A DNA stretch of 63,350 nt, counting the filler, from Chiloscyllium plagiosum (Eukaryota), in assembly GCF_004010195.1 (NCBI RefSeq). It is 5 parts of one record of this genome, joined end to end, with 100 filler letters (N's around TTAATTAATTAA, not from the genome) between each part and the next. Parts side by side here need not be neighbours in the genome. Positions count along the whole stretch, not along the records: positions 27,670 to 47,837 come from NC_057712.1; positions 47,938 to 59,670 come from NC_057712.1; 3 more parts are not named here. One strand, given 5' to 3'. The notes under the pieces were generated by a model. That model did no database searches and had not been told where the DNA came from. It saw nothing but the letters and a program-made list of their open reading frames with translations. Shown piece after piece: positions 39,372 to 53,119 of this stretch (positions are counted from its first letter, which is position 1; each line of letters begins with the position of its first letter). The position numbers were made by a program, and so were the translations under genes.

Positions 39372-41478
39372 GTACTGGGTGCTGGGTCCACTGTTTTTTG
39401 TCATTTATATAAATGATTTGGATGTGATATAGGAGGAATGGTTAGTAGTTTGCAGATAACACCAGAATTTGTAATGTAGTGGACAGCGAAGAAGTTGATC
39501 TCTGAGTACAATGGGACCTTGATCCAATAGGCTGAGGAATGGCAGATAGAACTTAATTTAGATAAATGTAAGGTGCTGCATTTTGGAAAAGCAAATCAGG
39601 GCAGGATTTATACACTTAATGGTAGTCCTGGGGAGTGTTGCTGAAGGGTGCAGTTTCATAGTTCCTTGAAAGTGGAGTCACAGGTAGACAGGGTAGTGAA
39701 GAAGGTGTTTGATATGATTGCCTTTATTGGTAAGTGCATTGAGTTTAAAAGTTGGGAAATCTTATTGTGGCTGTACAGGATATTGGTTAGGCCACTTTTT
39801 GAATTCTGTGTTCTATCTGGTCTCGCTACTGTAGGAAAGATTTTGTGAAACTTGCAAAGATTCAGAAAAGATTTACAAGGACACTGCTGGAGGGTTGGAA
39901 GGTTTGAGCTATAGGGAGAGGCTGAACAGGCTGGGGCTATTTTCCCTGGAGCATTGGAGGCTGAGGAGTGACCTTATAGAGGTTTATAAAATCATGAGGG
40001 ACATAGATAGGGTGAATAGTCAAGGTCTGTACAATTGCAATATTTAAAAGACATCTGGATCAGTATGTGAACGCAAAGATTTTAGACACATAGGCCAAAT
40101 TTAGAATATCTGGTCAGCATGGATGAGTTTGACCAAAGGGTCTGCTTACATGCTGTACATCTCTATGACTCAATTACTCTAACTTTGCTAGAGCTTTAAG
40201 AATATAACAAGCAGCGTTGGTAAAGGGGAACTGATAGATATTAAGTATTAGGTAGTGTTGTAGAACAGAGAAAGCTCGGGGTTCAGGTATATAATTCTTT
40301 GAACGTTGCGTCACATATAGACAGGGTGGTTAAAAAGGCATTTGGCATGTTTGCCTTCATTGCTCATGAAGGAGTTGGGAAGTCATGTTGAGGTTGTACA
40401 GGACATTGGTGAGGCCTGTTCTGGAATATTATGTCCAATTCTGGTCGCCCAGTTAAAGGAAGGATACTGTCAAACTGGAGAGGGTTCAGAAGAGATTTAC
40501 CAGGATGTTGCCTGGTATAGAAGGCTTGAGTTTTAAAGAAAGACTGGGACTTGTTACACTGGATCATAGGAGCTTGAGAGGTGACATGAATAGAAGTTTA
40601 TAAAATAATGATAGATATAAGTATAGTTCATGGTAGTTGTCTTTTCCTTCGGATGAGACATTTGAAGATTTGGGGACACAATTTTAAGGTGAGAGAAATT
40701 TAAAAAAGACATGAGAGGCAAATTTTTTACACAGGGTGGTTCATGTGTGGAATGAACTTTCCGAGGAAGTGGCGGATGCGGGTATAATTATAATGTTTAA
40801 AAGACATTTTGATCAGTATATGAATAGGAAAGGTTTGGAGGGATATGAGCTGGAAGCAGGCAGTTGGCATTGGTTTAGTTTGGGAGTATGTTCAGTATGG
40901 AAAGCAAATCTTAGCAGGACTTATACACTTAATGGTAAGGTCCTAGGGAGTGTTGCTGAACAAAGAGACCTTGGAGTGCGGGTTCATAGCTCCTTGAAAG
41001 TGGAGTCCCAGGTGGATAGGATAGGGAAGAAGGTGTTTGGTATGCTCTCCTTTATTGGTAAGAGTATTGAGTACAGGAGTTGGGAGGTCATGTTGCGGCT
41101 GTACAGGACATTGGTTCATGAGGGGCATGGATAGGATAAATAGACAAAGTCTTTTCCCTGGGGTCAGGGAGTCCAGAACTAGAGGGCATAGGTTTAGAGT
41201 GAGAGGGGAAAGATATAAAAAAGACCCAAAGGTGGGCAATGTTTTCATGCAGAGAGTGGTACGTGTATAGAATGAGCTGCCAGAGGAAGTGGTGGAGGCT
41301 GGTACAGTTGAAACATTTAAAAGGCATCTGGATGGGTATATGAATAGGAAGGGTTTGGAGGGAATTGGGCTGGGTGCTGACAGGCGGGACTAGATTGGGT
41401 TGGGATATCTGGTCGGCATGGACAAGTTGGACCAAAAGGTCTGTTTCTGTGCTGTATATCTCTATGATTGTATGATTC
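39372..41478 (+). mobile_element. three consecutive CR1 3' fragments (about 39372-40170, 40245-40895, 40898-41478)
   Basis: Each repeats the SSLKVESQVDR..LYRTLVRP..RGDLIE region and a tail; the third has an internal deletion near 41115. Confidence 0.85.
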
Positions 41479-41479
41479 T

Positions 41480-42378
41480 AAGTGGGGATGTTCACCGATG
41501 ATTGCACAATGTTCAGCACCATTCACTACACCTCAGTTGCTGAAGTAGTCCATGTTTAAATGCAACAAGATCTGGACAATATCCAGGTTTGGGTCAAAAA
41601 GTGGGAAATGATATTTATGTTACATAGATACCAGGCAATGACCATCTCCAAAAAGAGACAATCTAACCACCACCCCTTTGACACTCAATGAATTACCATC
41701 ACTGAATCTCCCACTATCAACATCCTTGGGTTACCATTGACCAGAAATTCAACTGGTCTTGTCTTATAAGCATAATGGTTACAAGAGCAAGTGACAGACT
41801 AGGAATACGGTAGCAAGTAACTCACCTTCTGACTCCCCACAGCCTGTCCATCATCTACAAGTCAGGACTGTGATGGAATATTCCCCACTTGCCTGGATAA
41901 GTGCATCTTCAACAACACTCAAGAAGGTCGACATCATCCAGGACATAGCAGCTATTTGATAGGCACCATATCCACAAACACCTCCTTCTTCCACCACTGA
42001 CGCTCAGTAGTAGCTGTGTTCATTCTCTACAAGATCAACTGAAGAAATGTATCAAAAATCCTTAGACAACACTTTCCCATTGCACAACCACTTCCATCGA
42101 GAAGGAAAAAGGCAGCAGTTACATGGCAACATTAGTACATGCGAGTTCACCTCTAAACAACTCACCATTCTGACAAAATATGTTGCCATTCCTTCAGTGT
42201 CACTGGGTCAAAATATTGGAGCTCCCCTCCGTACAGCATTATGGGTCAACCTACAGAATGTGGACAGCAACAATTTAAGAAGTCATCTCATCACCACTTC
42301 TTTTGGGCAACTCTGGTTGGGCAATAAATGCAAACCGAGCCAGAAATGTATACATCCCAAGACTGATTTTTTTTGTTG
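41480..42378 (+). mobile_element. old LINE RT C-terminus and 3' tail (L2/CR1-group)
   Basis: VGMFTDDCTMF RT-motif remnant, QQDLDNIQ.W, ILG.TIDQKFNW; its 5' part appears at 38330-38440. Confidence 0.7.
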
Positions 42379-43788
42379 AAAATCATTATCTCCTTGAAAT
42401 GTATTAATATCAGATGTATTAGTCCCATGATATATTAAGCAGTCTGAAGCAGCAAAGATGGAAGTCAAATGTATTATCTTAAACTCCCAGTGAACACTAC
42501 CTATACATAATCTGATCTTCAAATAAGGAACCCAGTAACAGCTTCTAATAGTTAGAAAAGGTTTTTTTAAAGAAAGTCTTTTTCTCACTATTTACTTTAA
42601 CCTTAATACAAATGCGGTCACTTTCCCATCTAAATTTACTGTTATGGTAGGAACTTAGAGCAAAAATGGGAAAAATCACCGACTAGTCAATAGCACCATT
42701 GCAGTTAAACAATAATTTAGGACCCGCTTAGGCAATGACCACTAAAGATACTGTAATTCAGACTTGAATTAAACTTAAAAGAACAAAAAAGCTCCAGGTG
42801 GCATTAAATACCACAAAACATCAAAAAATGAACATAACATTTCCTGCAAACATTTTAAAGGCATCAGGTCCCCTATCTAAAATTATCTTGTTCAGAACAA
42901 TGTATCAAACTATGTTTCCTGAATGTGATACGTCTGAACCAGATAAATAAGCCATTTAAATTAAATTCCTATCATCAATAAAAGCCTTTGATGTCTCAAC
43001 ATATTAGGTCTGTCTGAAAACCATCTTAATCTTGAAAAAGAAAACATGCTCATCATTTGAACATCAGTTATGAAGGAAGCTCACCATCGCAATATACCAT
43101 CTAGAATTCATGTCTTTTCAGAAAGGACTGACACAGAGTCCGTTGACCAATTCATAATGACATCATTGTGACTTCACTACAGCTGAGCTAACTGAAGAAC
43201 AGTTGAATTTGACACAGCACCTATACCAATGGAAGCATATTAAAAAGACATCTTGGACTAACACAAAACCTAAACCATGTAAGCACGACTACAAAGTAGA
43301 TATAAATACAAATCCATAACAGTTAGACGACGTCGATAGATTTTGCATGGTTGATCTATCATTGGCCCAATAGCCAATACAGGTAAGCCTAGTAAAATGC
43401 CGGTTGTGTGTCATTATGCATGCATTAAGAAAAAGGCCTAAATTTTAATGTTTTGTGCAAGGCATCAGGCACTTGAGAAGGACGTTGAAAGTGCCAGTAT
43501 AAAAAGGGAAGGTTTGAACAAGATGTGGTTTATTGCATGTTAGCAACTAGTTACCGCTTATGTTGATATGATAGGTATTATTACAGAAACTATGAGGAGG
43601 AACTGATGTTTGGTTTCACTTCTTTGAGATTCAGAGCTGTACTGCTGACTACTCCATGTGATATTACTATCATTGGTGGTATTTATGGCACCATTCTGGC
43701 AGTGTTAACCCTTTCAAAACCCATTCAGCCTCTGATAAAACAAGGTCTACTATTAGTGGCCAAAGCATGTGCCTGATTTATGTGGTAG

Positions 43789-44022
43789 TCGGATAGTGTG
43801 GTGCTGGAAAAGCGCAGCAGGTCAGGCAGCATCCGAGGAGCAGGATAGTCGACATTTCGGGCATAAGCCCTTCATCAGGAATTTCTGATAACATTCCTGA
43901 CGAAGGGGTTATGTCCAAAATGTCAATTCTCCTGCTCCTTGGTCACTGCCTGACCTGCTGTGCTTTTGCAGCACCACACTTTTTGACTCTGATCTCCAGC
44001 ATCTGCGGTCCTCACACTCTCC
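43789..44022. mobile_element. Penelope-like fold-back mini element with a hammerhead core in each arm and 15-bp TSD
   Basis: About 90-bp inverted arms; minus-strand CUGAUGAAGGGCUUAUGCCCGAAAUGUC at 43847-43882; TSD TGATTT[A/G]TGTGGTAG at 43774-43788 and 44023-44037. Confidence 0.75.
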
Positions 44023-45380
44023 TGATTTGTGTGGTAGCCTGTAGACTCTAGTCAGTTTTTAATAAGTGGTGCAACCACAAAGGACCAGTTGCATATATTT
44101 TGAATTATCTTTCTATGACTCAAAATTGGAAATGATCTTCTTGGCTCCACAGAAAGAATGAGGTAAATGTGGTACCTTGCTGCCCCATTATGTTGGTGCA
44201 TGGATGAAACAACAAATTCTTTGTAACAATACCATGCACTCAACCAGTATTCTTTCCTAAGTCATGGTATTATGTATGTAAGAGGCATCATTCAAATTTT
44301 ATGCTCACAACCACTGAATGATGAGCAACCATTCAGGACTCTTCGGTGGACATTCCAATCTAAGTGGTAAAAGTTATCAAAAAGGTTAGTTCTTTCAAAA
44401 GCAAATGTTCATGAGAATCCTGAAGGACCCCACCATTTTCACAGCACTCATATTACATCTATTTTGTATAACAACTTGGCTGTGGTGATATCATTCTCAT
44501 TCCTCAGTGAGAGATTTTGCACATTTAAGACAATATTATTGATCTGATCGTATAATCTTGGTTAACAAGTCTGTGAAATACTGAAGACGTGCTTTATTGT
44601 TTTTTAGATAAGTCATTAAACTAAAGCCCAGTCTGCCAGCTGAGGTGGGCATAATAGATCTCATGGTACAACAGAAAAAAGAGCAGGAAAACCTGGCTCA
44701 TATTCCATTTTCGATCTGAATATCCGATTATTCAGTTGGTGGAAATTTGGTGTGCCTAAATAAACTGTACTGTAGGAGTTGGCTTTGATGTACTTTGGGA
44801 CATTTTGATGATTTGACAGCCACTATATGAACAAAAATAATTTATTTCTCACTTCTTTAGCAGCACATACTTAGTGGAGAACGCTTCTTCAATAGAGCTT
44901 GAGTTTTGAATCACACAACCACTGCAAAATCAAAAGAATATCTTCGAGTGTTTCTTTTATTCCATGCATAAAAATGAGTGGCATACATAAAATCATTTTT
45001 ACAATTATTGCAAAATAAATCAAATTCTGCTCATAATCTGTAACTGATTTTAAAGCAGGTGTTTTCAAGCCCCAGGAAACAGGATACTCAGCAACTTAAA
45101 ATGATAATTTGTTTCCACAAAAATTGCATTAAATTCATTGAACTATGATACTCAACTGAAATTGTATTAAAATATTCCATTGTGTACTCAGTAGCAAAAT
45201 TACTGGTTTTATTATAACGTCAAAAGAAATTTGACAATGAACTAGTTTGCTGCATTCACTTTTTAAGACATTTCAAACATATTATAATTTACTAATAGTC
45301 AACTGGTAAGTAACCTACTTTCTTCTCAAATACTCAGGGGATCATGTCCTTGGGTCCTTTGCTGCAATGGCAGCAATAAG

Positions 45381-45670
45381 GCAACAGCACAGTGGCTCAG
45401 TGGTCAGCACTGCTGCCTCACAGTGGCAGTAGGACCTGGGTTCACTCCCTGCATCAGGTGACTGTCTGTGTGGAACTTGTACATTCTTCCTGTGTCTGTG
45501 CAGGTTTCCTCACACAATCCAAAGATGTGTTGGTTGGGTGGATTGACCATGCTAAATTGCCCATAGTGTTAGGTGCATTAGTCAGGGTAAATATAGGGGA
45601 AGGTGGGTGGGTCGGTGTGGACTTGTTGGGCTGAAGGGCCTGTTTCCATACTGTAGGGAATCTAATCTAA
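45381..45670 (+). mobile_element. HE1-type V-SINE
   Basis: GTGGCTCAGTGGTCAGCACTGCTGCCTCACAG head and AATCTAATCT tail. Confidence 0.85.
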
Positions 45671-46639
45671 AAGCAAAATACTGCAGATGCTGGAAATCTG
45701 AAACAAACACAGACAGTGCTAGAGGAAACACAGCAGGTCTGGCAGCATCTGTGGAGGGAGAAAGAGAGTTAATGATTTGAGTCCAATATTTTCAGAACTG
45801 TACTGATATCCTGGAGTGGACAGGTATCTCTAGCACAGTGCCATCTCTTAAAGCAAATGGACAAGCAATGTTAATCTGGAGCTGACCTGCGTGTTTTGTT
45901 GACAGTTCCGGCATTTGCCCTGAATATGGCAGACACAAAAATATTGGTGCCTTACCTGTATGTAGGAACCCGGTGGTCCTGCTATGTAAAGTGGTGCATG
46001 GGCAGATTGTCCTCTTCCTCCAATACTTGCAATGGAGGCCTCGACACCAGACCATGCCAGCCTGGTCAGAGGTCACCTTCTGGCTAAGTGCACTCTTAGC
46101 TGTCTGGAGAAATGCGTAGCAATGTGAGATGGCCAATGATCTTCTCCACTGCAACAGCATAAGAGCTGTCATCTACTTTCCAATACCTCATACCCATTCT
46201 ATCACTGCCACTTTATCCACCTCCTACTAAGGTTTTTACTCTACCACTCTCACTATTATCTGCAACATCTTCCCTCACTAACTTTCATCTGGCCCAATCC
46301 TCCCTCTGCACTGCCTATTCCATCAGTCAGGACACCTTCCCCTCCAGAAGTAAAAGTTTTGCCACCCACTTTCATCTCCCAAAGTAGCTACTTGTCTGTC
46401 ATTCCATGAGGAAGGTAGCCCACAATAGGACAGCAAGAATAGAGACAGATGGTTAGCTGCCCATCATTCATCTCCTCATCCATTTCAAGGAGAGGATAGT
46501 GACTCTGACTACCCCAAGTGACTGACTGACCACATACAAGCCCCTAGCCTGGTATCAGAGGTTGCCCTTGATGTACTGCGCAGCAATTCTGATTGATGAC
46601 AATCTCCTTCGACTTGACAGAAGATTGCTGACAACCATC

Positions 46640-48568
46640 TTATGGACACCCATCCTTGGAAGCTGTTTTGGGTAGAAGTGACCTTTACAAGAAGGATGGA
46701 TTGTACCTAAATTGGAAGGGGACTAATATACTGGCAGGGAGATTTGCTCAAGCTGCTCGGGGTGATTTAAACAAGTAAGGTGGGGGGACCCAGGGAGGTA
46801 GTGAGGAAAGATTTCAATCTGAGACTGGTACAGCTCAGAACAAAGGCGAGTCAAACAGTCAAGTCAGGCAGAGACAAAACAGAGAACAAGGTAGGGCTGA
46901 TAAATTAAACTGCATTTATTTCAATGCAAGAGGCCTAACAGGGAAGAGGCCTAAGAAGGCAGATGAACTCAGGGCATGGTTAGGAACATGGGACTGGATA
47001 TCATAACAATTACAGAAATGTGACTCATGGATGGACAGGACTGGCAGCTTAATGTTCCAGGATAAAAATGCAACAGGAAGGCCAGAAATTGAGGCAAGAG
47101 AGGAGGGGAAGTGGCATTTTTGAAAAGAGATAGCATTACAGCTGTACAGAGGGAGGATATTCCTAGAAATACATCCAGGAAAGTTATTTGGGTGGAACTG
47201 AAAAATAAGAAAGGGATGATCACCTTATTGGGATTGTATTATAGACCCCCTAATAGTCAGAGGGAAATTGAGAAACAAATTTGTAAGGAGATCTCAGTTA
47301 TCTGTAAGAATAATAGAGTGGTTGTGGTAGGGGATTTTAACTCTCTAAACATAGACTGGAACTGCCATAGTGTTAAGGGTTTAGATGGAGAGGAATTTAT
47401 TAAGTGGGTACAAGAAAATTTTCTGATTCAGTATGTGAATGTACCTACGAGAGAAGGTGCAAAACTTAGCGGGCGGCACTGTGGCACAGTGGTTAGCACT
47501 GCTGCCTCACAGCGCCAGCGACCCGGGTTCAATTCCCAACTCAGGTGACTGTGTGGAGTTTGCACATTCTCCCCGTGTCTGCGTGGGTTTCCTCTGGGTG
47601 CTCCGGTTTCCTCCCGCAGTCCAAAGATGTGCAGGTCAGATGAATTGGCCATGCTAAATTGCCCATAGTGTTAGATAAAAGGGATAAATGTAGGGGAATG
47701 GGTGGGTTGCGCTTCGGCTAGTCGGTGTGGACTTGTTCGACCGAAGGGCCTGTTTCCGCAGTGTAAGTAATCTAATCTTAACCTACTCTTGGGAAATAAG
47801 GTAGGGCAGGTGACTGAGGTGTCAGTGGGGGAGCACTNNNNNNNNNNNNNNNNNNNNNNNNNNNNNNNNNNNNNNNNNNNNTTAATTAATTAANNNNNNN
47901 NNNNNNNNNNNNNNNNNNNNNNNNNNNNNNNNNNNNNGCATTTGGTATGCTTTCCTTTATTGGTCAGAGTATTGAGTACAGGAGTTGGGAGGTCATGTTG
48001 CGGCTGTACAGGACATTAGTTAGGCCACTGTTGGAATATTGCTTGCAATTCTGGTCTCCTTCCTATCAGAAAGATATTGTGAAACTGGTAAGGGTTCAGA
48101 AAAGATTTACAAGGATGTTGCCAGGGTTGGAGGATCTGAACAGGCTGGGACTGTTTTCCCTGGAGCGTCGGAGGCTGAGGGGTGACCTAATGGAGGTTTA
48201 CAAAATTATGAGGGGCATGGATAGGATAAATAGACAAAGTCTTTTGCCTGGGGTGGGGAAGTTCAGAACTAGAGGGCATAGGTTTAGGATGAGAGGGGCA
48301 AGATATAAAAGAGACCTAAGGGGCAACTTTTTCATGCAGAGGGTGGTACATGTATGGAATGAGCTACAAGAGGATGTGGTGGAGGCTGGTACAATTGCAA
48401 CATTTACGAGGCATTTGGATGGGTATATGAATAAGAAGTGTTTGGAGGGATATGGGCCGGGTGCTGGTGGGTGGGACTAGATTGGGTTGGGATATTTGGT
48501 TGGTATGGACGAGTTGGACTGAAGGGTCTGTTTCCATACTGTACATCTCTATGACTCTATGACTCTAT
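46640..48568 (+). mobile_element. CR1 LINE (ORF1 esterase end, APE endonuclease, 3' end) with nested SINE and gap
   Basis: GRSDLYKKDGLYLNWKGTNILAGRFA; CIYFNARGL; YYRPPNS, VVGDFN; LEYCLQFWSP. Confidence 0.88.
47471..47778 (+). mobile_element. HE1-type V-SINE nested in CR1 endonuclease
   Basis: Splits GCAAAACTT|..|ACCTACTCTTGGGAAAT, which is contiguous in the copy at 10913-10940. Confidence 0.92.
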
Positions 48569-49025
48569 CTGCAGTTCTCACTTTCTCCTATCATTCTTTT
48601 GTCAAAATTTCCATTTGATTTATTTATCTTATGTCTTGCATTACTCAGTCTCCAAGGTAGATGTCACTGTTGCCTACTTAAGTTTGAGCTATGTCTTTTT
48701 TTAGGCAAAGCAATACTACTTCAGACATTTCAAGTATTTCAGGGGAAAAAATAATAAAATTACAATAGTTTTCTGCCCTACCACTGTTCCCAGCTGTTCA
48801 ACATCTGAATAGGAAAGGTTTGGAGGGATATGGGCCAGTTGCTGGCAGGTGGGACTAGATTGGGTTGGGATATCTGATTGGCATGGACGAGTTGGGCCGA
48901 AGGGTCTGTTTCTATGCTGTACATCTCTATGACTCTATAAGAGTAACAGCTGCATGAAAATACCACCACTTACAAGTTCCCCTCCAAGTCACACACCATT
49001 CAGACTTACAACTTGTGTCAGGGAC

Positions 49026-49066
49026 AACCACCTGATGATGGAGCAGCACTCTGAAAGCTAGCGGTT
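49026..49066 (+). ncRNA. minimal hammerhead ribozyme motif (family B) in a 130-bp Penelope-like fragment (49022-49150)
   Basis: AACCAC CUGAUGA U GGAG CAGCA CUCU GAAA GC UA GCGGUU: stem I 5/6 bp, stem II 4 bp, palindromic AGCU helix III; TGTGTCAG duplicated at 49014-49021 and 49151-49158. Confidence 0.6.
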
Positions 49067-50467
49067 CCAAATAAATCTGTTGGACTATAACCTGGTGTTG
49101 TGTGATTTTTATCTTTGTGCACCCCAGTCCAACACTGGACCTCCACATCATGTGTCAGCACTGTGGGACACATTCAAGAAGGAACTAGGTGTAGTGCAGG
49201 GCCAACATGTTGCAAAAAAGACCAAAAGGGGCACCATAAAATCCAAGGTTCACTGGATTTGAAGGCATAGACAGCATTGCATTAAGTGAAAAGGAAAAGT
49301 TTACGACAAATACCAAGGGCAGAAATCCTAGAGGAATACAGAATGCACAAGGAAAGACTTGCGAAAGGAAGTTAGGAGAGCTAAAGGGGGCATGAAAAAA
49401 TAATGGCAGGGAGAATGAAGGACATTCATTAGTTACTTTACAAGTACTTTGGGGTGAATGGACAGCTAAGGAAAGAGTAGATCCCATTAAAGATCACAAT
49501 GGAATTTTATCTGTGGAGTCAGAGGATGTAGGTAGGGTTCTAAGTGAATTCTTTGTCTTGGTATTCACTAATGAGAGGGACAATATTAGTATAGAAATCA
49601 GGGAGAAGGTCTGTGATATACATAAAGAAATTAACATCGACAGAGGAAGTTCTGAGTGGTCTGGCAGGATTAAAATTAGATAAATCTCCAGGGCTGGATG
49701 AATTGTATCCCAGGTTGTTGAGTGAGGAAAGGGATGAAAAAGCCCGGACACTGGCAAAAATGTTCAATTCCTCCCTGAACACAGCTGAGGTCTCAGAGGA
49801 CTGGATGACAGCCAAAGTAGTGCCGTTATTCAAGAAGGGGGCAAGGGATAAACTAGGAAACTACAGACCAGTCAGTCTAATGTCAATGATGGGAAACCAT
49901 CGGGAGCCATTTTGAGGGACAGACTTAATTTGCACTTGGAGAGGCAGGGATTAATCAAGAACAGTCAGCGTGATTTTGTTAAGGGAAGGTCATATCTGAC
50001 CAACCTGGTTGAATTTTTGAAGCAGTGACTAGATGTGCACATGAGGGTAATGCTTTTGATGTAGTCTACTTGGACTTCAGCAAAGCTTTTGATAAGGTCA
50101 CACGTGGGAAACTGATAGTGAAGGTAAGAGTTCATGGGATCCAAGGAAATTTGCCTAATTAGATCCAGAATTGGCTGAGAGGCAGGAGCAGAGGGTAATG
50201 GTTGGGGGGTGTTTTTGTAACTGGAATCTTGTGTCTAGTGAGTTTCTGTAGGTGTCAGTGTTGGAGTCCTTTTGTTTGTGGTATATATAATCAACTTAAA
50301 CTTAAATGTAGGAATGTTGATCAGGAAATTCACGGATGATACAAAAATCAGTGGGGTAGTAAATAGTTAGGAGGATACCTTTAAATTACAGGAGGATGTA
50401 GACAGGCTGGTAAGATGGACTGATCAGTGGCAATTTAATTCAATCTGGATAAGCTTGAGGGAATAAA

Positions 50468-51890
50468 AACATAGAAAATGGAAGCAGGAGTAGGCCATTT
50501 GACCCCTCAAGGCTGTTACGCCATTTAATATGATCATTGTTAATCATCAAGTTCAATACCCTAATCCTGCCTTCGCCCATATCCCTTGATCCTTTTCACA
50601 AGAGTCATATCTACCTCCTCCTTGAATACACAATGCTTTGGCCTCAACCACCTTCTGTGGTAATGAATTCCACAGGGTCACTATTATCTGGTTGAAGAAA
50701 TTTCTCCTCAACTCAATCCCAATTGGTTTATCCCTTATCCTTAATGTATAATCCATGGTTCTGGACTCCCCTAGCTCAGGAACATTCTTTCTGCATCGGA
50801 TCTGTCTAATCCTGCCAGAATTTTATAGATTTCTATGAGATCCCCTCCTTCACTCTTCTGAGCTCCAGTGAATACAATTCTAGCCGACTCAGTCTCTCCT
50901 GATATGTCCATACCAGGAATTAATGTGGTAAACCTTCATTGTATTCCCTCTAAAGCAAGAACATCCCTCCTCAGATAAAGGAGACCAAAACTGCAGGCAA
51001 TGTTCCAAGGTTGGCCTCAGCAATGCCTTTTATAATTGTAGCAAGACATCCTTGTTCTTGTACTCCAAACCTCTCGCTATGAAGGCCAAAACACAGTTTA
51101 CCTTCTTTACTGCCTGCTGCGCCTGCACTCTTACTTTCAATGATTAATGCACAGAACACCCAGGTCTCATTTAACATCCCCCTTTCTCAATTTACAGCCA
51201 TTCAAATAATAGTTGGCCACCTTATTTTTGCTACCAAAGTGGATAACCTCACATTGATCCACATTATACTGCAATTGCCATGCATTTGCCCACTCACTCA
51301 GTCTATCCAAATAACACTACAACATCTCTGCATCCTCTTCACAATTCACCCTTTCACCCAGCTTCATGTCGTGTGTGAATTTTAAAACATTACATTTAGT
51401 TTCCTTATCTAAAATCATTAACATAGATTGTGAATAACTGGGGCCTTTTGCACTTCTCCACTAGTCACTGCCTGCCATTCAGAAAAAGACCCATTTATTC
51501 CGATTTGTTTGCTGTCTGCTAACCATCCTGAGACATTCTCATGCACTTTAATTTTATACATTAATCTCTTAGATAGGACTTTGTCAAAAACCTTCTGAAA
51601 ATCCAAATAAACCATATCCACTGGCTTTCCCCACAAGTTACATCCTTGAAGAATTCCAGTAGGTTTGTCAAGTATGATTTCCCTTTTGTAAACCCATGCT
51701 GACTGTGTCTGATGCTACGACTGTTTTCTAAGTGTTCTGCTACAAAATACTTAATAATGGACTCCAGCTTATTCCCCATTACCAATGTTAGATTCACTGG
51801 TTTATAATTCCCTGCTTTTTCTCTAACTCTGTTCTTAAATAGTGGGTTTACATTAGCTACCCTTCAATTAGTAGGAGTTGTTCCACAGTT
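50468..51890 (-). mobile_element. CR1 LINE RT to 3' end
   Basis: SQHGFTKGKSYLTNLLEFF, VYLDFQKVFDKV, FFNQIIVTLWNSLP. Confidence 0.85.
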
Positions 51891-52334
51891 GAAAGGAGTC
51901 TGGGCAGCACCGAGGATCAGAGGGACATTAATGTTCACCTAAGGCATTGATGATCATCAGTGCCCAGGACAGACAGGTAAAGTGGTTAAGAAGGAATATG
52001 GGATACTTGCCTTTATTAGGTAAGGCATAGAGCTTAAAAGCAGATTGTGATGCTGTAACTGTATAAAGTGCTGGCTCAGCCACAGCTGGAGTATTGTGCG
52101 CATTTCTGGAATTCACATTGTTGGAGGGATGTGATAGAACCAGAGAGGGTGCAAAGGGCTGGAAAATTTTAGTTAAGAGAGATTGGAGAGTCTGGAGTTG
52201 TTTTCCTGGGGCAGAGGAGACTGAGAAGAGACATGATTGAGATGTAGAAAATTAAGAGGTGCACAGGCAGGACAGACAGGAAAAAATGTTTCCCCTTGTA
52301 GAGGGACCAATGACTCAGGGGCCTAGATTTAAAT

Positions 52335-52586
52335 GCAAGAGACAGAAAGTTGGAGATGGGCAGTGACGATCTTCGAGAACACTCGTCAGCAAGTGAAAGT
52401 ACAGAAAAGGAACCAGAAAAGGAATGCCAATGATCTCCAGGCCAAGGACCTAGTCCACCTCCCAGAAACATCTGCCAAATGTGTGGTCAGAGATACGGTT
52501 CTCGGACTGGGGCTTATCGGTCACACAGGGAGTCAGAATTTCTGAGATTGACAATCATAGTCATTAGCAAGTAGTGGCTGATGATG
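52335..52586 (+). mobile_element. possible RTE-clade LINE 3' end
   Basis: ICQMCGQRYGSR(T)GLIGH zinc-finger-like C-terminus (one frameshift) and (GAT)n tail, interrupting the CR1. Confidence 0.5.
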
Positions 52587-53119
52587 AGGAGGGCGATCTG
52601 GAATTCACTGTCTGAAAGGGTGAAAAGCCAGCAAACCCTCATAACATTCAAGATGTGGATTTGCGTTGCTAAGGCATACAAGGAAATGGGTCAGGTGCCA
52701 GAAAACTGGCTCTCTGACTCTATGGCTTTGAATCCTCACGGGGTTCAGCGATGGGATTTTCAGGAGGGTATTCATAAAAAGCTTGACTTATGTTAACTGC
52801 CATAGCATAAGGATTAGACACAGGTACTAAAGTACTGGTACTCATACTAAATAACCCAATAGGTGTTTATTATAGTTCCTGGTATCAATATATATTTCAA
52901 TCACTGATACTTCCAAGTCTGAGCAATTTGCTCACAATTTATAGTGCATTCCCGCATGTGTCATGCTGCAATTGGCCCCAGAAAGATGGAGCTGAGAGAC
53001 TACTATACTCAGGTCACATACTATGGTGACAATATTATGAGCATGGAAATTTAAAAGGTATACTGTACACTATTGGTGGGACATTACATAACACACAGCC
53101 CATTGAGTGGCTGGGTGAA

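Larger units (their letters stand above)
49155..52710 (+). mobile_element. old CR1 ORF2 copy split by an antisense CR1
   Basis: KLDKSPGLDELYPRLL..VVPLFKKG.RDKLGNYRPVSL, YLDFSKAFDKV, KFTDDTKI; resumes at about 51895. Confidence 0.8.
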
